From Marsupella aquatica (Eukaryota > Plantae > Marchantiophyta): a DNA stretch of 64,000 nt. A program made the position numbers and the translations under genes. The stretch is taken from contig OZ316892.1 in NCBI GenBank assembly GCA_973895155.1, positions 21,205,619 through 21,269,618 of the forward strand. The letters are read 5' to 3'. A model generated the notes under the pieces. The model did not search any database. It was given only the letters and a program-made list of their open reading frames with translations, and had not been told where the DNA came from. The first letter of the stretch is position 1, and every line of letters starts with the position of its first letter. Positions 26,172 to 37,269 of this stretch are shown here, piece by piece.

Positions 26172-28206
26172 CTACATCTCTAGTGCCACTGTGTCCCCTA
26201 GTGGTATCCCTCTCGACACGGCTCCTCTTCCTCTCTCTATGTCTCTCCCTCCCCCCCCTCTCTCTTTCCCTCCCTCTTCTCTCTCTCTCTCTCTCCGTCG
26301 TCTATGGCTGGTATGACCCCTATCAGTCTCCACTGGAGGGGAGAGGTTAGAAGATGACCGGCCCTGTGTACCTAAACTGCCCTCCTGCCCACAGTCTACT
26401 AAGGCCTCCTCCTGCGTATCAGGCTCCTCCCCTCCATGATCTGCCTCCTCATCTTCCGCAATGGGTCGTGCCACTAACCCCTCTGGAGGACTCCAATCCT
26501 CCTGGATATGACATAAGGGATCAGTTTACCTCCTGCAAATAGTGGATGCAAAACCTAGTATAGAAGGAACCTAACCTGACTATGTAACTTACCACTGGGT
26601 GGTCCTCCGGGACTGAGTCTAGCTTAGCCCATAGGGCCGCCGGGCCATAGCATTTTGAATAGAGCCGCTCCTGCTCACTTGGCTCGGCGTTAGCTCCAAA
26701 CTTGCGTTTCTGCAGGAAATTGGAGAACGTCGTCACCATCGTCGTTAACTACAATGTACCTAACGATGTTTTATAATTAACGTCGTCCAAGACAAGGTAT
26801 ATAGTGAAACTTCAATATTAACGATGTAGAAAAGACGTTAATTAAATGTAACGTCGCGAGAGACGACATTAGGTAGGATGAACGTATGGGGTCTAGACGT
26901 TAAATTTAGAACTTGCGACGTTAGAGGAGAAAAACGACGTTAATTCAATGTTCTCACCGCAGCGGCCGAAGCATGAACAAGTTGTGCTTTGAAGAGGGTG
27001 GGGGACTTACATAGGTTGCAAGGAAGCCTCGCCATCCTCCCTGGCCCAAAATTTGGTCACACGCAGGCGGCCATTTGATTTGCGGGCTGCAGCAGCTTTG
27101 TCCCCCATGTGCACTCGCTTGCCTATTGGGGTGTCAGGTGCTGCTTCCAACTCAGCCACGATCAACTTGAAGTCGGCGTCGCTCATTCCTTCTGGTTTCA
27201 GGTATTGCTCTGTCCTTGGGCATCTCATTTTTCGAACCTTGTTTCTCCATCGAAACCTCCGATCTGCAAGGTAGCCTACGATCTTTTGTCTGATGTGCCT
27301 ATAGTCTATTTCACGGCCGTTCCTAAACCCAGCTTGCACATCGTTCAGGAGGAGCTGAAACTTCTTTGGGTTCTGCGCGAGATCCTTCCAAGTTGTCCAA
27401 CCAGGACAGTGCTTGGCACAACACGTCTGCACTCGATTTGTGAGGGCCTTCTCATCCAGAACATCCGGCCTAGCATCAAACGCATCCAAGGTGATGGTTG
27501 GGAGTTTGTCTCGACTCACAGCAGTAGTTACCGGTTGCGCAGGAGAAGGTTGTCGCTTCTTGTGGGAGTGACGTTCACGCTGAGGTGAGTACCTCTCTCT
27601 TCTGTCTGCCCTTGCATCTCCCTCTGTTCTTCTTCTTTTGTATGTACCTCTACTGTGTGGATCTGCATCTCTATACTCCTTCCCTTTCCCCTTCCGTCTT
27701 CTCTCATCAAGGCTGCTATTGCTGTTGTGTGTTCTATCACGATGCCTCCTCCGCCTGCGAGAGTCCCGATCCTGATCAGGCTGGAATCTGTCATGTGCTA
27801 CCCGGACCACACTCTTGATTGGGGTCCCACTAGGTGCCTGAGAATCAGGCTGCATTCCATTGAAGGCAGGATCGTCCCACCCATCATCTAGTAGGGACGG
27901 GAAGGAGTTCAGAGCATCGATCGAAGGCCCCCCATCCTCCCCCAAGAGCGTTGCATTCTCAGTTTCCACATAATCATCGAGGGTAGGAGCATTGGCCTCT
28001 ATATTTTCCAGGTACTCCAGAAACTGAGACTCCTTGCTTCCTTTTCCTCCCAAGAACTTCCAACTCTGGTTGAAAGCATGTATCAGCGAATGTGTCGATT
28101 GCATAGCTTTACACACCTTTTCTAACTCCCCTGGATCATCCATAGCCACCAAGTCTGCATCAAAATCTCCACTGGAAGGGAGATAGCCTGGATGAGCCAT
28201 AGTCAT
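26172..28206 (-). pseudogene. TnpA-like (En/Spm Ptta/Transposase_24-like) gene of the outer element; exons ~28206-27011, 26709-26593, ~26533-26172; apparent frameshifts
   Basis: 399-aa ORF with TWKDL...IVGYLADRRFRWRNKV...KPEGMSDADF...AAAARKS, typical of CACTA TnpA proteins. LGQGGWRGFLATY|GTAAGT lies in a shifted frame near 27050. A spliced exon KRKFGANAEPSEQER... follows. Confidence 0.6.
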
Positions 28207-28621
28207 TCACTGTTAAGATAGGAGGTCGAGAGGGGGAGAGGGGAAGTGTTGAATGTTGAATGTGAGTCACATTCAAGTCACTTCCCGATGTTTTGCTAAA
28301 GGAAAACAGCCGTAGCCCACGAACCTTGGAGACCCGCCGTTACCCTAATTTAACGTCATTAATCACAACGTTAACCAGGAGTGTAGGGTTTAGCGGCGAC
28401 GTTACATATAATTACGTCATACCTAACGACGTTAACTTATTAAGTACGTCGTACATTATTACGTAAACTAAATTCGGCAACCTCCCCACAACCTAAAAAA
28501 CGACGTTAATTTTAGGGGAACGTCGTGTGGATGGACGTTAGTTTGGTTAACGTAGCGGGATACGTTTATGCTTGGGGTTTAATATGTTGTGGGGGCCTTT
28601 GTAAATTTGATCACAGGGGAC

Positions 28622-30156
28622 ATGGCAACCTATGCATCGGACCATGATGGGGGCAGGCATCATCGGCATAGATACCATCATCATCATAGGGGGACGTATG
28701 ATGAGTCGGATAGGCGAAGGGATGACTCGTGTGACGATGACGATGAGCATGGCGGTAGTTCTCACCGACATAGACACCATCATCGGCATAGGGGGAGTTC
28801 AGCTTCATCGGGCTATAGGAGCAATGACGAGCGGCAGAGGAGGAGGGATGACGAGGGAGGGAGGAGGAGGGATGACTCATCCTATGAGGACCATGGTGGG
28901 GGTACTTACACCCGACGCAGAGATGACCATCATCATAGGGGGAGGGACGACCTGTCGGACCGGGAGAGAGATTACTCACCAGACATGTATGATCGATCTA
29001 GGTGTCACCAATCCAGGCGTCGTCGACGCAGACATGGTTCCGACGGTAGGAGAGGCCGGAGCCCCCATCATGCTGATGGATTTGGAGAGGCCATGGCTGC
29101 TCGTCAGGGGATTGGGCCAATTCGCAAGATGCCTTGCCCTTGCAGACGATGCAAGGGTGTTGTCTTACACGAGAGGACCACTGTCCTTAGCCATTTAGGG
29201 ATCCATGGTCGTTACACCCCCCCGACCCGAGAGGTAATACAATTTTGTTGGGTATTGCAATTATGATAACATCTCCTTCCTTGAATTGTTTTTTGATTGT
29301 CATATTCTGAACTTGTTTTGGTGAACATGTGGAACAGATTCCTATTGTAGTGCGATCTTCGCCTGTGGACCGCTTGAGAGACATTGCATATCGTGCACTC
29401 GCACCACTCGTCCATCCATCCGATTTGCCAGCCACATTGAGGGAGATAGACCGTGTATTTCGGAGGAGGAGGAGAGTGTTTAGGATGCACCCTATTGAGA
29501 GGGGAGTAGTGGTGACCACTAGACCCCGATCGATTGAGTCCCGTCCACCTAGGATTGTTCCACCCCGATGCCCTTTTCTTGATGCATCGGTGTCCCGGGC
29601 ACCGAGACAGTTGCGAGGGAGAGCCTTGGACATCTTAAAGGACTCCTTCCCAGCCCAGTTTGGACTCCCTATGGACCTCCCGCTTCGGGAGCCTATTATA
29701 GTTTGGGACCGCCCATGGGTCATCCTCCCCTCCACATTGGGGACTCATGTAGGACTTGGAGTATTTGCTCTTGTGGATATCGTGGTCCCTATCGGTTGTG
29801 CACCCGATGATTTGCCTCAGTTGTTTCCATTCTATGGGCCCAAGTATTCGGCGGCAAGATGGCGCATCTTGTCCCGACAGTGCCCAACCTTTAGTCGATA
29901 TGGCATGTCACTAAAGTTGGACCCTAGGTATGCTCAGATTGATGGTTACCCACCTCGCACGGGGAACTTGGCGGGTTACATCAATAGCACTATTGGTTCT
30001 CGGCGTTCAGGGTTTAGGCCAAATGCTGAGTGGCACGAGTTCCATGACCAGAGTCACCCTCGTTTGCCTGTAGCATGCACGCATTACATCTTGACACATG
30101 CTACCCGCACCATTAGAGCAGGGGAAGAGATTCTCGTAGATTATGATTGGCATTGA
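28622..30156 (+). CDS. Putative alternative isoform: Transpos_assoc Zn-binding exon fused to a SET-domain exon; join(28622..29233,29338..30156)
   Basis: Phase-0 donor GAG|GTAATA (29233) and phase-0 acceptor GAACAG|ATT (29338). The exon is open and encodes SET motifs GLGVFALVDI, FYG, IDG...GNLAGYINS...PNAEW and ATRTIRAGEEILVDY, ending at a stop. The SET homology is well supported by motifs; the splicing is inferred. Confidence 0.75.
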
Positions 30157-33100
30157 TGTTTACATGTGTACATGACATATTCATTATGGGGTGACCCTTG
30201 CATTTTTCATTATTGATGTTTCACTGTAAGCTTTATCACGGAAACCCTTTCTCTAATTGTTATTTGTCATTGCATATTGAAAACTCTAGGATGGTGTACA
30301 TATTACTCCCACACCTCACCCATCAATGATGACTACATCAGCCCGTGCCTTTCACGTACGTGCCACCTTACATTTCTCAGACGAGGAGGATGCTGAGGGT
30401 CAGCCCCTTGACCATGATGAGATGGACGATGAGGATGAGGAGTACCATGATGCATATGATGGAGAGTTGGATGATGATGGAGAGTTGGATGATGATGGAG
30501 AGTTGGATGATGATGTTGACGATGAGGGAGATGAGGGAGATGAGGGAGATGACCCTATCCTTGAAGAAGATGCCTTTGCCCACCTTGTTGACGTTCACTT
30601 TGGACCTCATGCACCTGACGCCGAGCACCCTATCATGGAAGTGGATCAAGAAGATTGGGATCACTTGGAGACTGAAGCCAGAACACCACTATTTGAGGGA
30701 TCTCCATCCTCATGGTAAGGTTGTCCTAAAATTATCACAACTCTGGAATTTCATCCAGTGAATATTGGGCAGTCTAAATTGTAGTGCCAGGCATGCCATC
30801 TAGCTACTTGGACTAACTGCAAAAAGTCTGGTGTTTGTGGTTTTGCAAATCCAGGTTGGGTGCAACTTTGTTGATGTTGAATTTGCAAGGAGTTTTCAAT
30901 GGTTCGGATGTCCATACAGATGCACTCTTCCAATTGTTCCACGGCAAACTCTTGCCCCAACCAAACACTCTCCCTGGATGTGTGAGGGAGGCTAAGAAGT
31001 TGTTAGCCTCAATTGGATTGGCTTTAGAGACTATCCACATGTGCCCAGGTGGGTGCATCTTGTATAGAGGGGTGTACAAGGATCACACTCACTTCCCAGA
31101 GGAGCACTGTAGGCTTCCACGGTATCGACCAGACACCATTGGAGACAAGATTGCAGAAAAGGTAATGTTTTCCTCAACGCAATGTGAGAACAAGAAAGTC
31201 CAACTTTTAACGTTGCATTCTTTCAAACAACGTCGTACATGACTATGTAATTGATTACTTTACGTCGTCCATCTCACTTTATGTCTTTCCACCTGACGTT
31301 TTTTTGTTTTTACATCGTATGGGATGCAATAACTAACGTCGCATGGTACATTAGGGTATGAAACGTCGTCCTTTACGATGTTAGTTTTAATAATACGTAG
31401 TGTGGAAGGACGTTTATTGTGATTGTCGTCAAATTGACGACGTTACATTGGATCTGGCAGGTTTGTTGTTATTTCCCAATCACTCCCCGACTTCAGCATC
31501 TCTACCGACGAAAGCACTTATCCACACTACAGACTTGGCATGTGGAGAACAAATCCCCACCAGGGATAATGCAATACCACCAAGATAGTCCAGCGTGGAA
31601 GCCACTAGAAGAAAACCACCCATTCTGAGACCCTCCCCTATGTGACTTGTGCAAGACCTTCATAAATATGCGACTCCAAGTTTGTGGGTGTCATGTTAGT
31701 TACATCATACCAACTAAGTTTTGGTGAGGCTGTGGGAAGTCATGCTTACAACTTTATCCAATGTCGCTATTGTAACACTGGTAAGTAAGAAATAGGTAAG
31801 TTATGTTAGTTACTCCACAATAGTGCATTGGACATCATTTTTTAAAATTCCGTCAGCATGCATACCCCATTAGCCAATTTCGGATGCCAATCCCTAATGT
31901 GCAACTCCCGGTGCAACTACATATTGCACACTCATGGTTCAATAAGTCCAAATCTAAATGGGTATAAATATGGGGGTTTTCATCAAAATGGTGGGTACTT
32001 TCACTTATAATGTGGGGTCATACCTGACTATATTTGGCCTTGTTCTTGACCAAAATGCACTCTCCCCACATTGAACTTTTTGCTAAGTCATTTGCATTTG
32101 TTCTTTTATGTCCAAACCAACCTGTTTGCTAAGTCACTCGATGGCTGCCCACATGTGAGGGGTACTACTTTCCCTCAGGGTCAGTGTACCTTGGAGGTTG
32201 GTTTTGCGAGAGAAATTGGGGCCCGTGCCCTAAGTGTTCAGGGTCAGTGTGCCGCGGAGGTTGGTTTTGCGAGGGAAATTGGGAGTCGACGACCTTCATT
32301 CCAGCTGCACTCTTTGCGAACTTCCTGTAGGGGGCAATGAAAGTGTTTGAGCGCGATTGGACTTTAGGGTGCAAATGTGTTTAGGATTGGCCTGCTACGA
32401 GCGTCAGTGTGGAGGTCTGCCAATCAGTTTTGAGGGGAGTCCATTGTCGCTTTTCAACCTGCTGGTGAGCTAAGCTGCTATTGAGTTTCAAGTGAGAGCT
32501 GCCGACTTGGAGTTGAGCTCTGCGAGGTCGAGCTTGAGTGTACATCTGCTCGACATACTTTTGGGAGCTCACAGTTGGCAGGAGGGCCAAGTCATTGCAC
32601 AAAAAGTTGCAGCCGTGACAGTGCAAGCTAGGTAGGCGGAGGCTGGTTACTACAAGCAAGGCGGAGGATCACTGCGAGCTAGGCGGAGGAATGCTACACT
32701 GCTTCACATTGTCAAGAGACATGCTGCATCGGCCCAAGTAAGGTTGCGTTGACCTATCTATCTCTATGTCACCTCTATGTCTGTAAGGTCCTAACCGATA
32801 GTGTGCTTAGTGAGGTCCTGCTTTAAGCTACATTTGTGCGATTGATTGTGTCCTGAGAAGCTTAACCATCACATGGGGGAATGGTAGCGAGAAAGGAGGG
32901 GTGGAGCCTGATGGTCGCCAATATTCAAACAGGGTCGCCTTGCTCGATTTGCAAACTTTCACTTAGGACGTAGATTAAAGCATTAGACTATGGGCTTCAA
33001 TCGCTATGGAAAAGTAGGTTTTTGCTGCGTGGCCCTTCAACAGTTGAGTGGTGTGAGGGCGTGCAAAGACAACGAGAGCTTTGGAAAGTAACTGTCATTC

Positions 33101-34716
33101 AGCCCGTCGTCCGAGTTAAGTTGCTGGTTTTGCAGTTTTACAGTAGTGCTTCATGCGCAATTCATGATACGGGCAGTCAGCGGGCTGCGACAATGTAGAG
33201 CCTGCGACAGCATTTTGTGAGTGTTGCAAGGTGGGTTTTCTTTGTTTGCTCTTCTATTCTTGGCTGTCAGTCGATTATTCACCCCATCTCGTAGTGCATT
33301 TTCTTTTGTCTTCGTCTTTGGAATCCCTGCTGGGACACGGTCGTAGTAAGCGGAAGAGGTGATCAGGTCCTGGGTTTATCTTTTCTTGAGGTTTGTGTAA
33401 GAGCCGGGATCTGTATTTTGGGACAAAGTAGTGTATGGGAGCTGCAGGGCATCTTTTTAGGGTATGAGATTTTGGTCATGGTACGTAGTGGAATAAGATG
33501 GATTTGCGAACTGGGAGCTTGGATTTACAGAGTTAGGCCTTTGAAAACATATTTTTCTTCTTCATCATTTCTTCCCCTCGTGTCACTATGCACCAAATAA
33601 TCCACGGAGAAATCGTTGTATTCTATAAGGAAGTGAGGATTGGTGACAATATTGTGATACTTTAGGACGTGTTTGTGAACGTTCGCTGGTGTAGCGATCA
33701 CCCGGGAATATGTGTTTTATAGCTGGAGTTTTCGATTCTCCAACTAAGTTGCTGATCCTTCCTCGACCTGCTTCATCTTGCAAAAGATTTGCTTCTAGCT
33801 CATTGATGAGGCGGTAATCGTAGTAGGCGTGACTATCGAATAATTTCAGGGCTCTGAAGAGTCACCCGTGGCAGAGAACAATGATTTTGAACATCTTGAG
33901 AAAGAGTTTCAAGCAAGATCCTTTGGCTTTGCCTTGGGTGATAGCGAACACATGTGTGTAGGCTTCCACACAACGGCGTTCCATGATCTTGGAACCCACT
34001 TGCTTTCTGGAAGTGACTATCCAGAACCTGGGGTCCTCCGGTGGTAGCCTTATCCCAAGGTTTTTGATGTTGCTTCAAAGTTGCTTTGAGCTGTCGTCTC
34101 AGTATCCATTTTCGCATCTTGGATTCGATAGTACTGAAGAGAGTGCCTGAGTTTCAATTGTCCTAAGAGATATCTCAATTCTCTAAGACGTCCGATTGTC
34201 AAGTACAATGTCAAGACTGAGCTGCCAAGATGCAGGTTCATGCATGAACACTCTGTATTTACCTTACCTCGAATATGAGATCCTGGCATTAACGAATGAC
34301 GACAATGTGTTTGCGTGTCCTTTCTGCCCTGTCCCAGCTCAGAATGACTACTCGTAAAGAGCTGCAAAGGCAAAATTGTTTTCGTGTTCTTCAGATTGGC
34401 ATGCAACAGTTTTCTCAACAATAATTTAACTATGGGGTGCAACCACAATGAAGTGCACGAGGGCGGAGGGAATCACAGAAATTCACCGGGGGCAGCTGCA
34501 TTGACTTCTTGATCCATCGCATGCCTTGCTTGCTTCTGATGATCAAGGGTTGTTTTTTGCGTAGGCCAAGGGCCGCATTTTTGAGGACGCACACATGCGA
34601 GTTGGCCCTTATTGTATTGAGTAGTATTTGACAGGTTCCCTGTTGAAATTAGATCTGATCTTGGTTTTTGTTGTCGTTCTTTTCCTTCTCTCTATACTAA
34701 TGCTTTTGTTTGCCAG

Positions 34717-34829
34717 GACGTCACAGTGATGGGGTCGTTTGATAATTGGATGCGAGGTGAATCCTTGTCTCCAGAGAGTACAGGAACATTCACAAATTTC
34801 TCCGCTACACTCAAATTGCGGCCAGGCAG
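34717..34829 (+). pseudogene. Captured exon of a CBM48 starch-targeting protein (PTST1-like)
   Basis: TTGCCAG|DVTVMGSFDNWMRGESLSPESTGTFTNFSATLKLRPGR|GTGGGT closely resembles the PTST1 CBM48 segment (VMGSFDGW...LSPEY...FSTTL.LRPGR). No flanking PTST1 exons were found. Confidence 0.8.
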
Positions 34830-35307
34830 GTGGGTGGCTTTTCTTTCAGTCAACCATGAAGTAGGTCGTGTGTTTTTTCTCTTGAAGTTGGCAATTTTAT
34901 GCTTCTCGATTCGTTCAACAGTGCGATGAGAAGTGAGGTTACTCCAGTATCTATGTGCACTACGGACCCTCCTGTCCGAATAGTTCACTATTGAATTGGT
35001 CCTGGATAGATTCGACTATTCAGTTCCCAATTCCAAAGATTCCATCCACTGCCGGTAGATTTTATCCATCCGGCAGATTGTAGAGTCGCTAGCAGAAATA
35101 GTCGTACTGTACTAACTAGGAAGCATGTGAAGAAGTAGTGTTCACAACCTCGTACTCTCGAATTACAACGTTGGAGGTGAATTGTAACTCTCCGTCCATC
35201 TGTACTATGTTTTTAGATCGTAGCAGTTGACCCGAGTGTTTGTCCTTAACGCAGTTACCAGACAGATGCTCTTGTGTTGGTCTGATTCGGAGTTGAGAAT
35301 GCAGCAG

Positions 35308-35640
35308 GTCGAAACTGGTGCAAATTTATGGATCAAAGGATACCAGGTTTGGAGTCGAGGCAATTCGAGGGCTCTTACACTCCAAGGTGTTGATGAATTA
35401 CCGAATGCTGAGAAGGTTACCATGGGCCCAAAGGTGTAGAAGACATCTGCTTAACGTAATTATTGTCCGTCCCTCATAAAATTATGTCTAGGTGTGTCGT
35501 AGGTGCGTGACATCCTTGTACCAGTCACTCATTGCTTTGTGAATCTGTAACTCTTTTCCAAGGTCAAAATGTGGTTACAGAGCAAAGTTTTGGTTATCGT
35601 GAAGTTAAGAAGGATGGTGTGACGGTGGCAAAGGCCTTTT
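35308..35640 (+). pseudogene. Captured two-exon fragment of mitochondrial chaperonin-60 (HSP60), degenerate
   Basis: YGSKDTRFGVEA/(frameshift)RALTLQGVDELPNAEKVTMGPK|intron|GQNVVTEQSFGYREVKKDGVTVAKAF matches the HSP60 N-terminus YAAKDIRFGVEARALMLQGV..LADAVKVTMGPKGRNVVIEQS.G.PKVTKDGVTVAK. Confidence 0.85.
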
Positions 35641-36444
35641 GCAAACTTGCCTATGGATCCTTGTCCTCCTATTTCACCTCACTGAAATTCTCGTTGTTCT
35701 TTCTTCTTTAACGTATAGATGAGTGCTATGTTGGAGGACGGAAAGAATCTTTACAATGAAGACGCTCCGTTAATCTTATTTGGTTGCTGCTCTAGAGCCT
35801 TTTCATCCAAATTAATGAAAACATGACTACCTCTGTTTAGTATATTTGTCCAAACACGCTGCAGGATTGGAAGCTCGGTTACTATGGTGAGAGAGACACC
35901 ACGGTCCCCCAGGTGCTCTTGATTGCTTCCGTCTGTCGTCTCCCCCTCTGTAGTTATAGCATAGTGTTGTGAATCAGTGCAGCAATGATGTGAGAAAATT
36001 ATTGGTGTCACGTTGATGGGTGGGCGGCAGTGGGATAATCGATTAGGCACCGAAGGAACGAAATGAAAGAATGCCGTAAGGGCGCAATCGGATCTCTCTC
36101 ACTCTCTCTTTCAACGCCAGGGGTCCAGGATCTTTGCATGCGACCATAACTATACCCAGAACTGTATGATCCAAGGGCCGCCAGAATGTTGTACAATGAT
36201 GGTGGACCACCTGGTGCTGTGGTTGACGAAGAAAAGAACGTGCCCTGCTTAGACACTCTTCGCGCACACAGCCCTTTTGCCATCACAGGTTGGTCTAGTT
36301 GTGCAATTCTGCAAAAATTTCAGACAACAAATGCGGTCCTTGCCGAACACGATGCTCAACAGGATGGTGGAAGTTGCAAGAGTCTCCTAGAAGTAGTGGA
36401 AGGCATGAAGCTTCAAAGCATTCATAGGATTGACAAACCGGTCT

Positions 36445-36680
36445 AGCTGTATGCACACTAATGTAGTGTATAACCAAGCTGTACGCACACTAATGTAGTG
36501 TATAACCAAGCTGTAGATATTTCTAAAGGAAACTGTGGCCCAAATGCTAATCCCTTGACTTCTGGAGGTCACCTGTCTACAAAGCTGTACGCACACTAAT
36601 GTAGTGTATAACCAAGCTGTAGATATTTCTAAAGGAAAATGTGGCCCAAAATGCTAATCCCTTGACTTCTGGAGGTCAGG
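36445..36680. repeat. Local tandem/direct duplications within the nested element
   Basis: AGCTGTA.GCACACTAATGTAGTGTATAACCAAGCTGTA occurs three times. GATATTTCTAAAGGAAA...CTGGAGGTCA occurs twice. Confidence 0.85.
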
Positions 36681-37269
36681 AGATCTTATTTTGGTTGTTA
36701 TAGCCAGCCGCATATTATTCCTTTTTTGATGTGAATTTTTACATTCCTGTAATCTGCCTATTCAGCTTGTCTTTCTTCAATCTTGGTGTATTTTACGATG
36801 GATGTAATTGTTTCTCCCAAAGAGTTCTCCTTCAGATATCTTGTCTGTCTGAAATCTTTTACTTCCATGCCGGCTTTGTAAATTCTTCACCCCCATGGGT
36901 CTTGTCGTTTCGGAATTTGGGGGCTTCCATATGCTTGACTATTCAGCTCTTAGTGCAGATGGTTTTCTCTTGACCATCAGCATTTGGCCAAAGGGTGTCT
37001 TTGCAATCACAGTAGATACGTGTACAGTCTTGAATCAGAGTCAATGCGTTTTGGTGCCTGACTAAAACATTGTTGATGCAGAAAAAGAGAGGAGGTTCGC
37101 CACTTGCTACAAGAATCACCGCAGTCGCTTGATGATCAAATGAATGATGCAATGCAAGATGGCGGGATTCCTGGGGATCCTAATATGATCCTGCAGTGAG
37201 TTTGTGTGACATGAATAGTTCAATGTGGCACTGAAATTGTGATTGTATTTTCATATTGGAATGTTGCAG

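Noticed and set aside
28547-30761. Overlapping Met/Ile-rich ORFs (28632-29198, 30345-30761, 30377-30664 etc.)
   Set aside because: Alternative-frame or antisense shadows of GAT/CAT-rich low-complexity transposase exons.
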